Source of the DNA: Macrostomum lignano
Lineage: Eukaryota
Assembly: GCA_002269645.1 (NCBI GenBank)
Contig: NIVC01001414.1
Location: 252,945-316,944, forward strand
Direction: 5' to 3'
DNA: 64,000 bases
This document shows, piece by piece, positions 36,669-48,900 of the stretch (its first letter is position 1; each line of letters starts with the position of its first letter). The translations under genes and the position numbers were made by a program. Under the pieces are notes generated by a model. The model did no database searches. It had not been told where the DNA came from and saw nothing but the letters and a program-made list of their open reading frames with translations.

Positions 36669-37962
36669 TTATTCTATTCGTATCTTTTTTATTGATTATC
36701 CCTCGGTTTAAACTGACCAGAAAGTTAAATTGTAAAGTAAAATTGGGACATTATTTAAATAGCTTAACTTACGATTGCACTAGCCGAAAACCCTTACATA
36801 AAAACTCCTACTTAGCGAGTGGTTCGGAGGTTCATGCAATAAATTGAGTCTTCGCAGTAAAAGACCTTATTTTTCGGCTACTAGCCAAACGAAATAAAAA
36901 ACCAAGAAGAGCACTCTCCCTGGAGAGACTAATAATTATATATTTTAACCAAAATCAGTTTTTCTAAAATGGGGTGGGTGCTGCTGAACATATTAGAAAT
37001 GGGGGCTGGGGCTGAAACGTACGTAATTAAAGACATTATGAAAAGTACGCGTAGGTAAATCGATAAAAGTACATGTAAATGAAGCCCTCTTCTAAACATT
37101 CCCCCCTTCCAAAACAAAAATCGAGTAACCGAAAATTAAATAATTTCATTTCGCTAATCCCTCCACCAGCAAGTAAAAAAAAACAAAAAACGCGCAAACA
37201 ACAATGCATTACGCAGCAGGATCATTGTGCAAAAGAACAAAGACTGCTGGTTAGCAAATACAATAATTAATGTCAAAGAGACGCGTGCCTGCAATTAACT
37301 GGAAACTACGAGTAGCAAAAGCTCCCTCTCCTCGAAGTTACATAAACAAAAAAGACGAAAAATTAATCAGAAGAAAACGACGCAATGCAGAAAACGGAAA
37401 GGATTCATTTGAAAACGAAAAAATCCTTCACCAGCAAATATAAACAAAACGATTCAGAAAAATACCTCTAAAGATCTCATGAGCCTGCAACAGGACCTAA
37501 CCCAGCACCAACACCCAGACACACACGACACACGCCACTACACCTAGCTCTCACAACCAAGTGCGGAAAGTAATTCAGTTACAGTTCAGTCTTTGTCTCA
37601 TCCTCAGCTTTTAGTCACTTGTACATCAGCCGGTCGGGCGGTGCCCGGGTGCGTCCAACCCGGTAGAGCTCGAGTTTCGCCGCGGGCTTCACCTTCGGCA
37701 CTGGCTTTGTGTCACACATTGGATCGGCTGGACGTCCTCGCGGGTGATCAGCGTGTCGCCGGATAACTTGGCTCGCCTTCGGGTGACGACTGCGGGATAC
37801 CGACTGGCCGGTACTTTTTCATTATTTGTCGCGGACGCGGCTCTCCTACAACATAAATTTACGATACGTTTTTCTGATGAAGTCTTTCTGTGCATCTGTC
37901 TTAGTGTCTTGTTGTCTTTCTGTTTGACTGCCTGTTCTTTTAGCATCTGCCTGCTGTAGGCA

Positions 37963-38090
37963 TGTATGTATGTATGTATGTATGTATTTATGTATGTATG
38001 TATGTATGTATTTATGTATGTATGTATGTATGTATGTATGTATGTATGTATGTATGTATGTATTTATGTATGTATGTATGTATGTATGTA
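37963..38090. repeat. (TATG)n microsatellite
   Basis: Direct reading. Confidence 0.95.
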
Positions 38091-38672
38091 ACTTTTCTTT
38101 TGATTCCTGGTCGGTGTCGAGCTTAAGCACTTTGATCACTTTGTAAGCACTTTAAGCAACTCTCAATTCGATCTCGGTATCGGCACCCAATCCATGTTCG
38201 TGCTGAGTGCCGTACCTCATTAACGGCTTGCCAGTCCTGACCGCAAACTTGCTGTTGCCATCGCGCGCGGCCACCTCTGAAGTCGCATCCGGTGTCTTTT
38301 TACGTTTTCTGTCGAAAGAAAATTGATCCGGGTTCTTTGAGGTTGAAATTAATTTAGTGCTTATTCTTAAGCTATATTCCATGCTAGCTGGTATTTTGAT
38401 GCGAAGTAATAGATAAATGGCCTGTCAATAATTTAAATTATTTATGGACGTGAAGGGTCTTAAAATCTCGTGCCCAGAGCATCAAGCTCTGTTTTAGTGA
38501 ATTCCACCGGAATATCAATTTAGTCTATTTTCTTAAGTCATTACTCAAGAAATTAGGTAAGTTGAATATATACATGTGACATTTAGAGTCAGGGGTGTAT
38601 TTATTTTAATCTCGAGGGCCGAAAACCCGAGATTTTTTTGAAAAATACACGTTGCAACTCTATGCTACGAGC

Positions 38673-39549
38673 TATTACTGGAAAGCCGCTAGACCTGAGC
38701 CAGGCTCAGAACAGAATATTACTGGAAAGCCGCTAGACCTGAGCCAGGCTCAGAACAGAATATTACTGGAAAGCCGCTAGACCTGAGCCAGGCTCAGAAC
38801 AGAATATTACTGGAAAGCCGCTAGACCTGAGCCAGGCTCAGAACAGAATATTACTGGAAAGCCGCTAGACCTGAGCCAGGCTCAGAACAGAATATTACTG
38901 GAAAGCCGCTAGACCTGAGCCAGGCTCAGAACAGAATATTACTGGAAAGCCGCTGAATCATTTGGTTTTATGAAAAAACTGCGTAATCATTCACGTATAT
39001 GGTGTAATCAGAGTCGATGACACACCCATTAAATTACAAATGGCGTCAGACAGGGTGACCCTTTTCACCATTATTACTTTTTCTTTAGTTATTGATTCCA
39101 TGAACGAAACGTTAAAAAATCATTCCACCGCAAGACTCAACGAATGAGGAGGTAAAAAATCTTCTGTACTACAACGACCTGCTTATATTCAGTGGAGGAC
39201 CTAGCGGAGCTACAGAAGAGCTCGACAATTCATCTGAATTCTGTCAGAATCACAATATGGAGATTCAGAACACTCAGAAACCCAAACTGCTCAGTTGCGA
39301 TGCAAACCCCAACAAATGAAGCAACTGCTCCTACAGGGCAACTTGTACTCGGAGTATCCTTTCAGTAATGGAAATGCCATGTCCATATCCTGATTAGTAT
39401 AAATGCAAGTATTTACACCCGGGAAATCGTTCTCTGGAACTCTTTTGAATATAAATATGCGGGTAGTACTATCGCAGCCGTGGGAATTTAAGAGGGATGC
39501 TCGTATTCTGTTCTGAGCCTGGCTCGGGTCTAGCGGCTTTCCAGTAATA
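38673..39549. repeat. 44-bp hairpin-containing repeat: 6.4 tandem copies plus one inverted copy
   Basis: TATTACTGGAAAGCCGCTAGACCTGAGCCAGGCTCAGAACAGAA at 38673 with a 44-bp period; inverted copy ~39505-39549. Confidence 0.92.
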
Positions 39550-40431
39550 TTTCATTTTGAATCAGACTTAGGTCTAGCGGACCTCTCAGCTACATGTGAG
39601 ATTACATGTAAGGCCGTTTCCAAAGATCGCTTGTGAAAAGCAGGTGCTCAGACAGAAAGTGGAAAACTGGAGGAATCACATGTAAATGAAGTGATGTAGT
39701 CAGTCAATAAACGAAATTCTGAAAGTGTACTACAGTCTCCCATTGTCAGCCGGCATTTTTCTTCTTTCGAGCGTTTTAGTTGCTGTTGCTGTCATCTTTA
39801 GTTCAGCGTGGAAAAAAGACTTGTGGAAGTTGGAACAAAATCCTATGCACAACTCCCAGCGAATAGATTATTAGTATTAATATTGGTATATAAACCATTA
39901 ATTAAAATATGGTGTATAATTGATATATAGGATACTTGCATATTTATCATACCTCACGTTTCGTGTCTTCTCACTTTCCAGCACTGCGACCACCTCTGTG
40001 TGTCCTTTGCTCTTTGCCATATTTAACGGAGTGGCATCCGAAAAGTTCCTCTTATAGCGGGATGCATATTTTCTCAGTAACAGCTTAACGACTTCCGTGT
40101 TGCCAGCAGCAGCAGCCAAGTGTAGAGGCGTATTTCCCTCCAGATCCGCGGCGTTGACGTCCGCACCCAGCTGGAGCAGCAGCTCTGCACACTTGAAGTG
40201 ACTTTTGCTAGACGGTCGCAAGCCTCTACTGGAAGCCACCTGGAGAGGAGTTCTTCCCTCCCAGTCTCTCCAGTTGCAGTTCTCTTTGTTGACAGCTTTT
40301 GTAAATTCCTTCTGTCTAGCTTGGCTGATGAGGCAGTTCAGCTTCTCGGCTTCCTGAAAATTTTATGGCAAATTTTTAGGTGACCATCTGTGGTTTTATT
40401 CGCTTTCTCGGCAACAGAAATGTTTTCTTAC

Positions 40432-41313
40432 CAGTGTTGGGCACCGTTAATGAAAATCTTAACTTCCGTTAATAGCAAAAGCGTTAGCGTTAAAACAAAA
40501 AAATCTTAACTTTTTAACTCCTAATTTTGTTAAGTTAACTGAAAATTAACTGATAATCGTTAATAAGCGTTAATCCGTTAAAGTTAACACAGAAAATACG
40601 GAAATCTTGCACGTTTTTTTCCAAAACAGACTTCGTAATGCACGTCTTTGCTATTCCATCTTTTAAGCGAAACACAGAGGTCATCTAAGCGATTTGAAAG
40701 CTAAAAAAGTAATAAATAATCATTTTAAAAACTTGCATGCATAATACTACTAAAAGTAAAGCATATGGTAAAAAAGTAACTTATTTTATTTGAAACTTAA
40801 AAGCTAATAACGAGAAGTTCATAATTAAATACGCATAGGAAAGTTGTTTCAGTACCATTAGCAGGCGCAGCAGAAAGTTGCAAAAGATTGGGACAGAAGT
40901 GAATCAAAGCGATCGATGCTCACGCGCAAGAAATAAAGTTTCACACTATTTTAATTCATTATTTTAAAGTTTATTTGTAAGAAGTTGTTAATTACATGTA
41001 CGTCTGTATGATCATCGTCATAAATAAAGAGATTATATTTAGGCATATAGGTAAGCTCAAATACGTTCGTAATGTTTAAACTTCTTGTAAGACTTCTATT
41101 TTTTGTTCCTTCTTTGCGTCTTTGGTCATTGACATAGACACTACCGTTAACGATGAATTTATCGTTAATTCACAAAATTTTTAACGCAAATTCGTTAATC
41201 CGTTAGTTCAAAAAAATCTTAATGACAGTTCGTTAACGTTAATGAAAAATCTTAACGCTTGTTAACGCTTATTAACGGATTAACGCTTATTAACGGACTG
41301 GTGCCCAACACTG
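40432..41313. mobile_element. 882-bp hAT-type MITE
   Basis: 14-bp TIRs CAGTGTTGGGCACC/GGTGCCCAACACTG; 8-bp TSD TTTCTTAC (40424-40431, 41314-41321); GTTAA/TAACG subterminal motifs; absent from the paralogous intron at ~16290. Confidence 0.95.
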
Positions 41314-42918
41314 TTTCTTACCGTAATGGAGTGCTCGTTTAACTCAAATTTCTCTCTAAAATTGTTTGTTTAAACGGTAATTTTCATTTTAAAAGAATGA
41401 ATGTCTGAATATCCACGGTGATACAAAACTAATAAAATAACTGAAAAGATATTTAATTACAATTCCTGAAATGTCAAGTATAGTTGTCAGTTATCACCCA
41501 GTAGTACTTTTATTTTATTGACAGTACTAGGTGTGAAATGTTTAAAATACTCGCAGAAGGGCTGCTGGCGAAAGTGACATGCATCGTTTCAGCAACCCCT
41601 GCTGAAGCAGTTCTGCCTATTGCGCTGACTCCTGAGCGCATACGGTACAAGTGCGCCAATACTGTACGCAGGCACGCACTCATGCACACGATCACACAGG
41701 AGGCACAGCGTCCTGACTTTCTAATCGTCATACAGGTACACTCTGTGTGCCTTAGGGGTCGGCCCTGATGGCTGTGAATCACACAAAAAAACCCAGCCAA
41801 TGATCCGTGCCCGAGCTCCCAATGAATGGGGCGGCGCACAGAATCAAAACTCTGAGCTGCTCTGCCGTTGTTTGGCTCCCAGACCTTAAGCCTGACCAGT
41901 TCAGGTATTTCTACTCACTGCAGAAGATGCAAGCAGATGTCATCGTAGCCCTGCTTCCACGCAGACCAGTAGATGCTGGCGTATTTCACAGCGCCGCTGT
42001 CATGCAGAGTATCCGGCTCATGCTTCAGAACAATCTTCACCAGCTCCAGGTTTCCAGCAGAAACAGCCATGGTCAGGGCAGACTGACCGGCCTTGTCAGT
42101 GAGCTGAGAGTTGGCCCCGTTGTCCAACAACATCTCTGCTACCGGAGCATTCTCCTCTTCTACTGCCAGCAGCAACGGCGTCATGCAGCTTCCATCTGCG
42201 CTGTTGATGTCTGCCCTGTGGTTTGCCAGCAAAGTGTTTAGCAGAGGAATGTTGTGTGAGAGGACGGCGCAGTGCCAGACGGAGTGCTTCCGGCTGTCCG
42301 CAGCTTGCGGATCAGCTCCTCTGCTGATGAGGATTTCGAAACACTCGCATGAGCCTCGGAGCCTTGAGAGAAGTCCGTGACTGAGGCTGCTGCGGCACAG
42401 AGAAGGGCCGTGCGATGAGGAAACGATTCGTATGGGTGCAGCACTAACGGATCGGCATCAAGGATTTGAGCGAGCTTTGGCGCATCTCCGGTGGCTGCGA
42501 GATGATGCAGAGCTCCGGGAGTCTGTAAAGATTATTGTGAAGCATATTTACGAGTATATCTAATATTATTGGCTCTATATCGGCTCTATAATATTAATAT
42601 TATGGAATATATCGACAATCCTCCAACTTCATAATTTTGTATGCTTACTTACTTAATCTTCACTTGTATCAATAAGTCACTTTGAGAACACTATTACAAG
42701 AAAAACTTATAACAAAAATGTTTCCCGTCGTCTATCCGGGTTTCTATTGTAAACAGCCTTAGTCCAGTGGTACCAGACAAGACTATTTGAAATAATTTTG
42801 CCCTATAGGCTATGAGCCTACCAAACCAAATTAACATTAGATTATCTTTAGTATATTGGACTTAGTAACTCAACTGCCACCAAGACTGTGCCCCTAGGCC
42901 TAGTAACTTTAAATATAA

Positions 42919-45900
42919 CGAGTGGAACTCCTCCTTCGGAGAAGAGAGGGGAAGAACTTCCATCACCGGAATTCCATTCCCTGAAATCCATCAGCTGAAA
43001 CTCCATGACTTGAATCCCATCTTCCAAATCATCTCCAAATCCTCTGTAAAGCCTTTTTGCTCTCCTCTTTGCCCTTTCATTTCCACAGTATAGTCTCTTT
43101 CCTCTCGCATCTGCTTTCTCATCTCTAGTCTCTCATCTCTACTCTCTCTTTTTTTGCTATCTTATATCTATTCTCTCCTCTCTCTCTCCTCTCATCTCTA
43201 CTCCCCTGTTTATATCTTCTCCCTCGTCCTTTGTGTCTACTCTCTCCTGTCTCATCTCTCCCCTATTCTCTCTCATGTACTCTCTCAACTCCCAAACTCT
43301 CTTATCTATCGTCTCTCCTTCATCCTCTCTTTCTTCTCTTTTCTCTCTCCTCTCTGCTCTCATTTCTCATATCACCTATGCGCTCTCACCCTCTCCTTTC
43401 CTATCTACTATCTTTCTTCCCTCCTTTCTACCATCTCCTGTTTCCTTTCTTCTGTCTTTTCTCTCCTCTCCATTCTTTCTTATCTCTTCTCCTTTCTCCT
43501 CTCATCATCGTCTCTAATCTCTAATCTCTTCTCTCTCTTATTTTCTCACTCATATCTTTTCTCATTGCATCTTTCATTTCTACTCTCCTCACTACTTTCT
43601 TATCTTAACTCTCTCATCTCTGATCTTTTATCTCTCTCCTCTCTCCTCTTAACATTCTCCTCTCGCTTCTCTCTCCTCTCTCTCTCCTCTCATCTCTACT
43701 CCCTTTTTTATCTCTTCTCCCTCGTCTTTCGTCTGTACCCTCTCCTGTCTACTCTCCTATCTTCTATCTAATATCTCCCCTTTTCTCTCATTTCTCATAT
43801 CTCATCTCTAATCACTTATCTATCGTCTCCGCTCTACTTTCTCTCTTCCCTCTGCTCTCATTTCTCGTATCTCTTATACGCTCTCAACCTCTCCTTTCTT
43901 ATCTCCCATTTTTCTTCCCTCCTTTCTACTGCATCACCTGTCTCCTCTCCTCTCTTCTCTCCTCTCATCTGTACTATCTTATTTATCTCTTCTCCCAGGT
44001 CTTTAAAATTTACTCTCTCCTGTCTCCTCTCTCCCCTCGTCTTTCCTCTCTCATATCTCTTCTCTACTCACTTATCTATTCTCTCTCCTCTGCTCCCCTT
44101 TTACACTTTCCTATATGCTCTCACTCTCACCCTCCCCTTTCTTATCTGCTGTTTTTACACTCCTTTCTACCACCTGTCTCCTCTCGTTTCTCTCCTCTCT
44201 ACACTCTCATCTTTACCCTCTTCTTTCTCCTCACTACTTTCTTCTCTTAAATCTCTGATCTCTGATCTTTCATCTCTCTCCTCTCACCTCTCACCTCTCT
44301 CCTCTCTTTCCCCTCTTCTATTGCCTCTGTACGCTCTTATCCCTTCTTTCTTTTCTCTCCTGTCTCCTCTCTGCTATCTCATATCTCCTCTCTCATATCC
44401 TCTCCCTTCATCTCCTCTCTCCTCTTCTCTTTTCTCTTCCTTCGTTCCCGCCTTACTCCCCTCTTCTCTCCCATCTGTCATGTCTAATCTCTCCACTTAT
44501 TTCTACTCTGTTTTCCATCATCTCATCTCATCTCTCTTCTCTTTTCATTCTTCTCTTTACTCTCTTCTCTGACTGATTGAAGATGCCAATCCATCAAGAT
44601 CCTCTCCGCGAAGCAGAAAAATCCTGTCCGTGCAAATGAAAACCATCGAAATCCTCTCCGTGAAACTGGACTCCTTCGAAATCCTCTCCTTGAAACTTAA
44701 ATCCATCAAAATCACAGAAATCGTCTCCATAAAACAGAAATCAATCATAGATTATCTCCGCGAAACAGAAATCCCCTCCGTGAAGCTGAACATCATCGAA
44801 ATCCTCTCCGTGAAACTGAACATCATCGAAATCCTTTCCACGAAACTGAACACCATCGAAATCCTCTCCACGAAACTGAACACCATCGAAATCCTCTCCA
44901 CGAAACTGAACACCATCGAAATCCTCTCCACGAAACAGAAATCCTCTTCGTCAAAATTAAAACATTGAAATCGTCTCCGCTAAACTGGACTCAATCGAAT
45001 TTTTTCCGTCAAACAACTCAACTCTCCGGATTCATTGGTTAGGGTTAGGGTTAGGGTTAGGGTTAGAACTACGCACAGGTTTGTGTTAAAAGGCACTGAT
45101 AAAAATATTGAACTAATTGAATCAATTTATTGCGCAACTTATTTCACAGTCAGTCAGTCAATCTAAATCAACCCTCCAATACACAGCAGCAGTGAGAAGT
45201 TGAACCCTCCCCCAACTTTATCTATTACGTCTCGCAAAACTGATTACAATTTTTGCAAAAAGGTAAAAGTATGGTAATAGTTTTCCCAATGAAAAGCTTT
45301 TAGTTTTCATATATAAAGCAAACAACTTATATCCTCGAACTCTGCATTGCAAGATCTTTCCAGCAATATAAGTTTCTCCTCTTAAAGTTTAAAACTCGAG
45401 GAACAGTTAGCGTTTGAAATTTACCGATCTCCCGACTGCTTGCTAGAGAAGCTCGCAATTAATTGAATTTCACTGCTAAGCTAATACACAGGGATGCCTA
45501 TGGAGAAAAAAGGCGCCAATAATAAAACCAATTGAATCTCGACACAGTCCTGATTCCTATCTATCTGTTTACACTGTACAACTGCTATGTACACTCAGCC
45601 CAAGCCCAACCCCCCGTTCTGGGGGAAGCATTAAATTTAACTGAACCCCCCAACACGCGGGGGGTTTTATTTCCACTCGCACCCACCACCCCTCAATACA
45701 CAGCGGCCCGCGGGCGGAGGTTGGGGTGGCTATTTTTACAAACTGGCTGCAGCCCCAGGCAGAGTGGCCAAAGAAGGTTATTGGGGGTTAAAAAAGCAGT
45801 TTTCTGCTTTTTTAGGGATGTTAAAATGTGAAAATTAAAAATTAAAATAGCCTAAAGCCTGCTCCGGAAAATTTGCAGTTCTCCCATATAAGTTTCAACG

Positions 45901-48900
45901 CTGACTTGGCAGAATTGTAGTAGTTCACTTACTACATACATACATACAGACAGACAAACATCGCGTCAGTTTTAGTATTAGGACGAGGCCAACTCCTCCT
46001 CTGGAGGAGAAAGGGGAAGAACTCCCATCACCGGAATTCCATTCCCTGAAATCCATCAGCTGAAATTCCATGACTTGAATCCCATCTTCCAAATCATCTC
46101 CAAATCCTCTGTAAAGCCTTTCAAATACCATATCTTGTTTTCCCTGTTCGCAAAAACTGACTGCCATTGTCCAGACTCAGATTCTTCTGTCTCCTCTCTT
46201 CTCTTTTCTCTCCTCTCACGTCTCTCATCTCTACCACCTTATTTATCTCTTCTCCCTCGTCTTTCGTCTTTCTCTTCTGTCTCCTTTATCCCCTGTTTTC
46301 TCCTCTCTCCTCTCTCCTCTCTTCTCTCCTCTCTCATCTCTCATCCCTCATGCCTCATCTCACTATTTCTTTCTCCTCTACTCTCAGCTCCTCTCTTCTC
46401 TCTCCTCTCATCTCTCCTGTCTCCCTCTGCTATCTCATATCTTCCCTCTCATCTCCTCTCTCCTCTTTTCTTCTCTCTCCCTCTTCGTTCCCGCCTTACT
46501 CTCCTCTTCTCTCCCATCTGTCATGTCTAATCTGTCCTCTCTCATCTCTACTCTCTTTTCTATAATCTCTTCTCTCTTCTCTTTTCACTCTTCTCTTTAC
46601 TCTCTTTACTGACTGACTGAAGATACCAAATCCATCAAAATCCCTCCGTGAAACAGAAATCCTCTCCGCGAAACAGAAATCCTCTCCGCGAAACAGAAAC
46701 CCTCTCCGTGAAACTGGACTCCTTTCGAAATCCAATCCGCGAAACAGAAATCCTCTCCGTGAAACTGGGCTCCATGGAAATCCTCTGAGTGAAACTGACA
46801 TCCATCAAAATCGTCTCCGTAAAACAGAAATACATCTGGATTCTCTCCACGAAAAAGAAATCCTCTCCGTGAAACCGAAAACCATCAGAATACTCCGTGA
46901 AACTGGACTCAATCGAAATTTTCTCTGTCAAAAAGAACTTAACTTTCAGAATTCATTGGTTAGGGTTAGGGTTAGAGCTGCACAGAGCTGCGTGTTGAAT
47001 TAATTGAATCAATTAATTGCGCAAACCATTTCTCAGTCAGACAGTATCAGTCTTATTTAAAGTTAAATAAACGGTTGCGCAATCTAAATCAACCCTCCAA
47101 TACGCAGCGGCAGACCCCCTTCCAATACGCCCAACTTTATCTATTACGTCTCGCAAAACTGAGTACAATTTTTGCAGAAAGTTAAAAGTATAGAAATAGT
47201 TTTTTAAATGCTGTGCTTTTTCTTTTCATATTTAAAGCATATAACTTATATTCCCGAACTCAGCGTTGCAAGATCTTTCCAGCAATATAAGTCTCTCCTC
47301 TCAAAGTTTAAAACTTGAGGAACAGTTAGCGTTTGAAATTTACCAATTTCCCGACTGCTTGCTAGAGAAGCTCGCAAGTTTATTCATTGAATTTCACTGC
47401 CAAACTAATACACAGGGCTGCCAATAATAAAACCAAATGAATCTCGACACAGTCTATCTATTTACACTGTACAACTGCTATGTACACTCAGCCCAAGCCC
47501 AACCCCCCGTTCCGGGGGAATCATTAAATTGAACTTAACCCCCCAACACGCGGGGGTTTTATTTGCATTGAACACAGAACACGCGCACCCACCACCCCTC
47601 AATACACAGCGGCCCGCGGGCGGAGGTTGGGGTGGCTATTTTTACAAACTGGCTGAAGCCCAGGCAGAGTGGCCAAAGAAGGTTATTGGGGTTAAAAAAG
47701 CAGTTTTCTGCTTTTTTAGGGATGTTAAAATGTGAAAATTAAAAATTAAAATAGCCTAAAGCCTGCTCCGGAAAATTTGCAGTTTTCCCATATAAGTTTC
47801 GACGCTGACTTGGCAGTATTGTAGGAGTTCACTTACAACATACATACACACAAACAACGCACCACTTTTAGTATTAAGACGAGTGGAACTCCTCCTTCGG
47901 AGGAGAAAGGGGAAGAACTCCCATCACCGGAATTCCATTCCCTGAAATATCCATCAACTGAAATTCCATGTCTTGAACCCTATCTTCCAAATCGTCTCCA
48001 AATTCTTTACAAAACTTTTCAAAGACCATAGCTCAAAGTCTCCTAAGTCTATTATATCTCCTCTCTCCTCTCTTCGCTATTATCGTGACTCTCTTCTCTC
48101 TTCTCTCTCTCATTACATCTCTACCCCTACTCCCTTATTTATCTCTTCTCCCTCGTCTTTCGTTTGTACCCTCTCCTGTCTCTTGTCTCCTCTCTTCTCT
48201 CATATCTCTCCCTCTTCTCTCCTCTCTCATATGTCATCTCTCCTTACTTATCTATCGTCTCTCTTAACCCCCTCTCTCTCTTCTCTTTTCTCTCCTATCT
48301 GCTTCTCATTTCTCAAATCTCATATACGCTCTCACACTCTACTTTCTTGTCTCCCATCTTTCTTTCCTCCTTTCCACTATCCCCTGTCTCTTCTTTTCTC
48401 TCTTTTCTATCCTCTCCATTCTCTCTTCTCTCCTCTCCTTGCTCCTTTCATCTTCTCCCCTCTCTTCTCTAATCTCTAATCTCCTTTCTCTTATGTTCTC
48501 ACTCATCTCTTTTCTCATCCCATCTCTCATCTCTCCTCTCCTCGCTACTTTCCTCTCTTAACTCTCTCATCTCTGATCTTTCATCTCTCTCCTCTCTCCT
48601 CTCTCTCTTCTCCTTTCGCTTCTCTCTCCTCTCATCTCTACTACCCTATTTATATCTTCTCCCTGGTCTTTCGTCTCTACTCTCTCCCGTCTCCTTTCTC
48701 CCCTCTTTTCTCCTCTCTTCTCTCTCCTCTCTTCCCTCCTCTCTCCTCTTCTCTTCTCTCTCCGTTCCCGCCTTACTCCCCTCTTCTCTCCCATCTATCA
48801 TGTCTAATTTCTCCACTCATTTCTACTCTGTTTTCTATCATCTCATCTCTCTTTTCTTTTCATTCATCGCTTTACTCTCTTCTCTGACTGATTGAAGATG

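Larger units (their letters stand above)
37690..42522 (-). pseudogene. Partial paralog of the ankyrin-kinase gene
   Basis: Exons 41919-42522, 41322-41355, 39953-40353 closely match 16894-17501, 16300-16333, 15817-16217. A 1-bp deletion at ~42347 shifts the frame, and there is a 3-bp deletion at ~42437. Diverged homologous exons start at 38308 and 37845. Confidence 0.8.

Noticed and set aside
38673-38955. CRISPR-like array (44-bp palindromic repeats)
   Set aside because: Repeats are contiguous with no spacers, no cas genes, eukaryotic context
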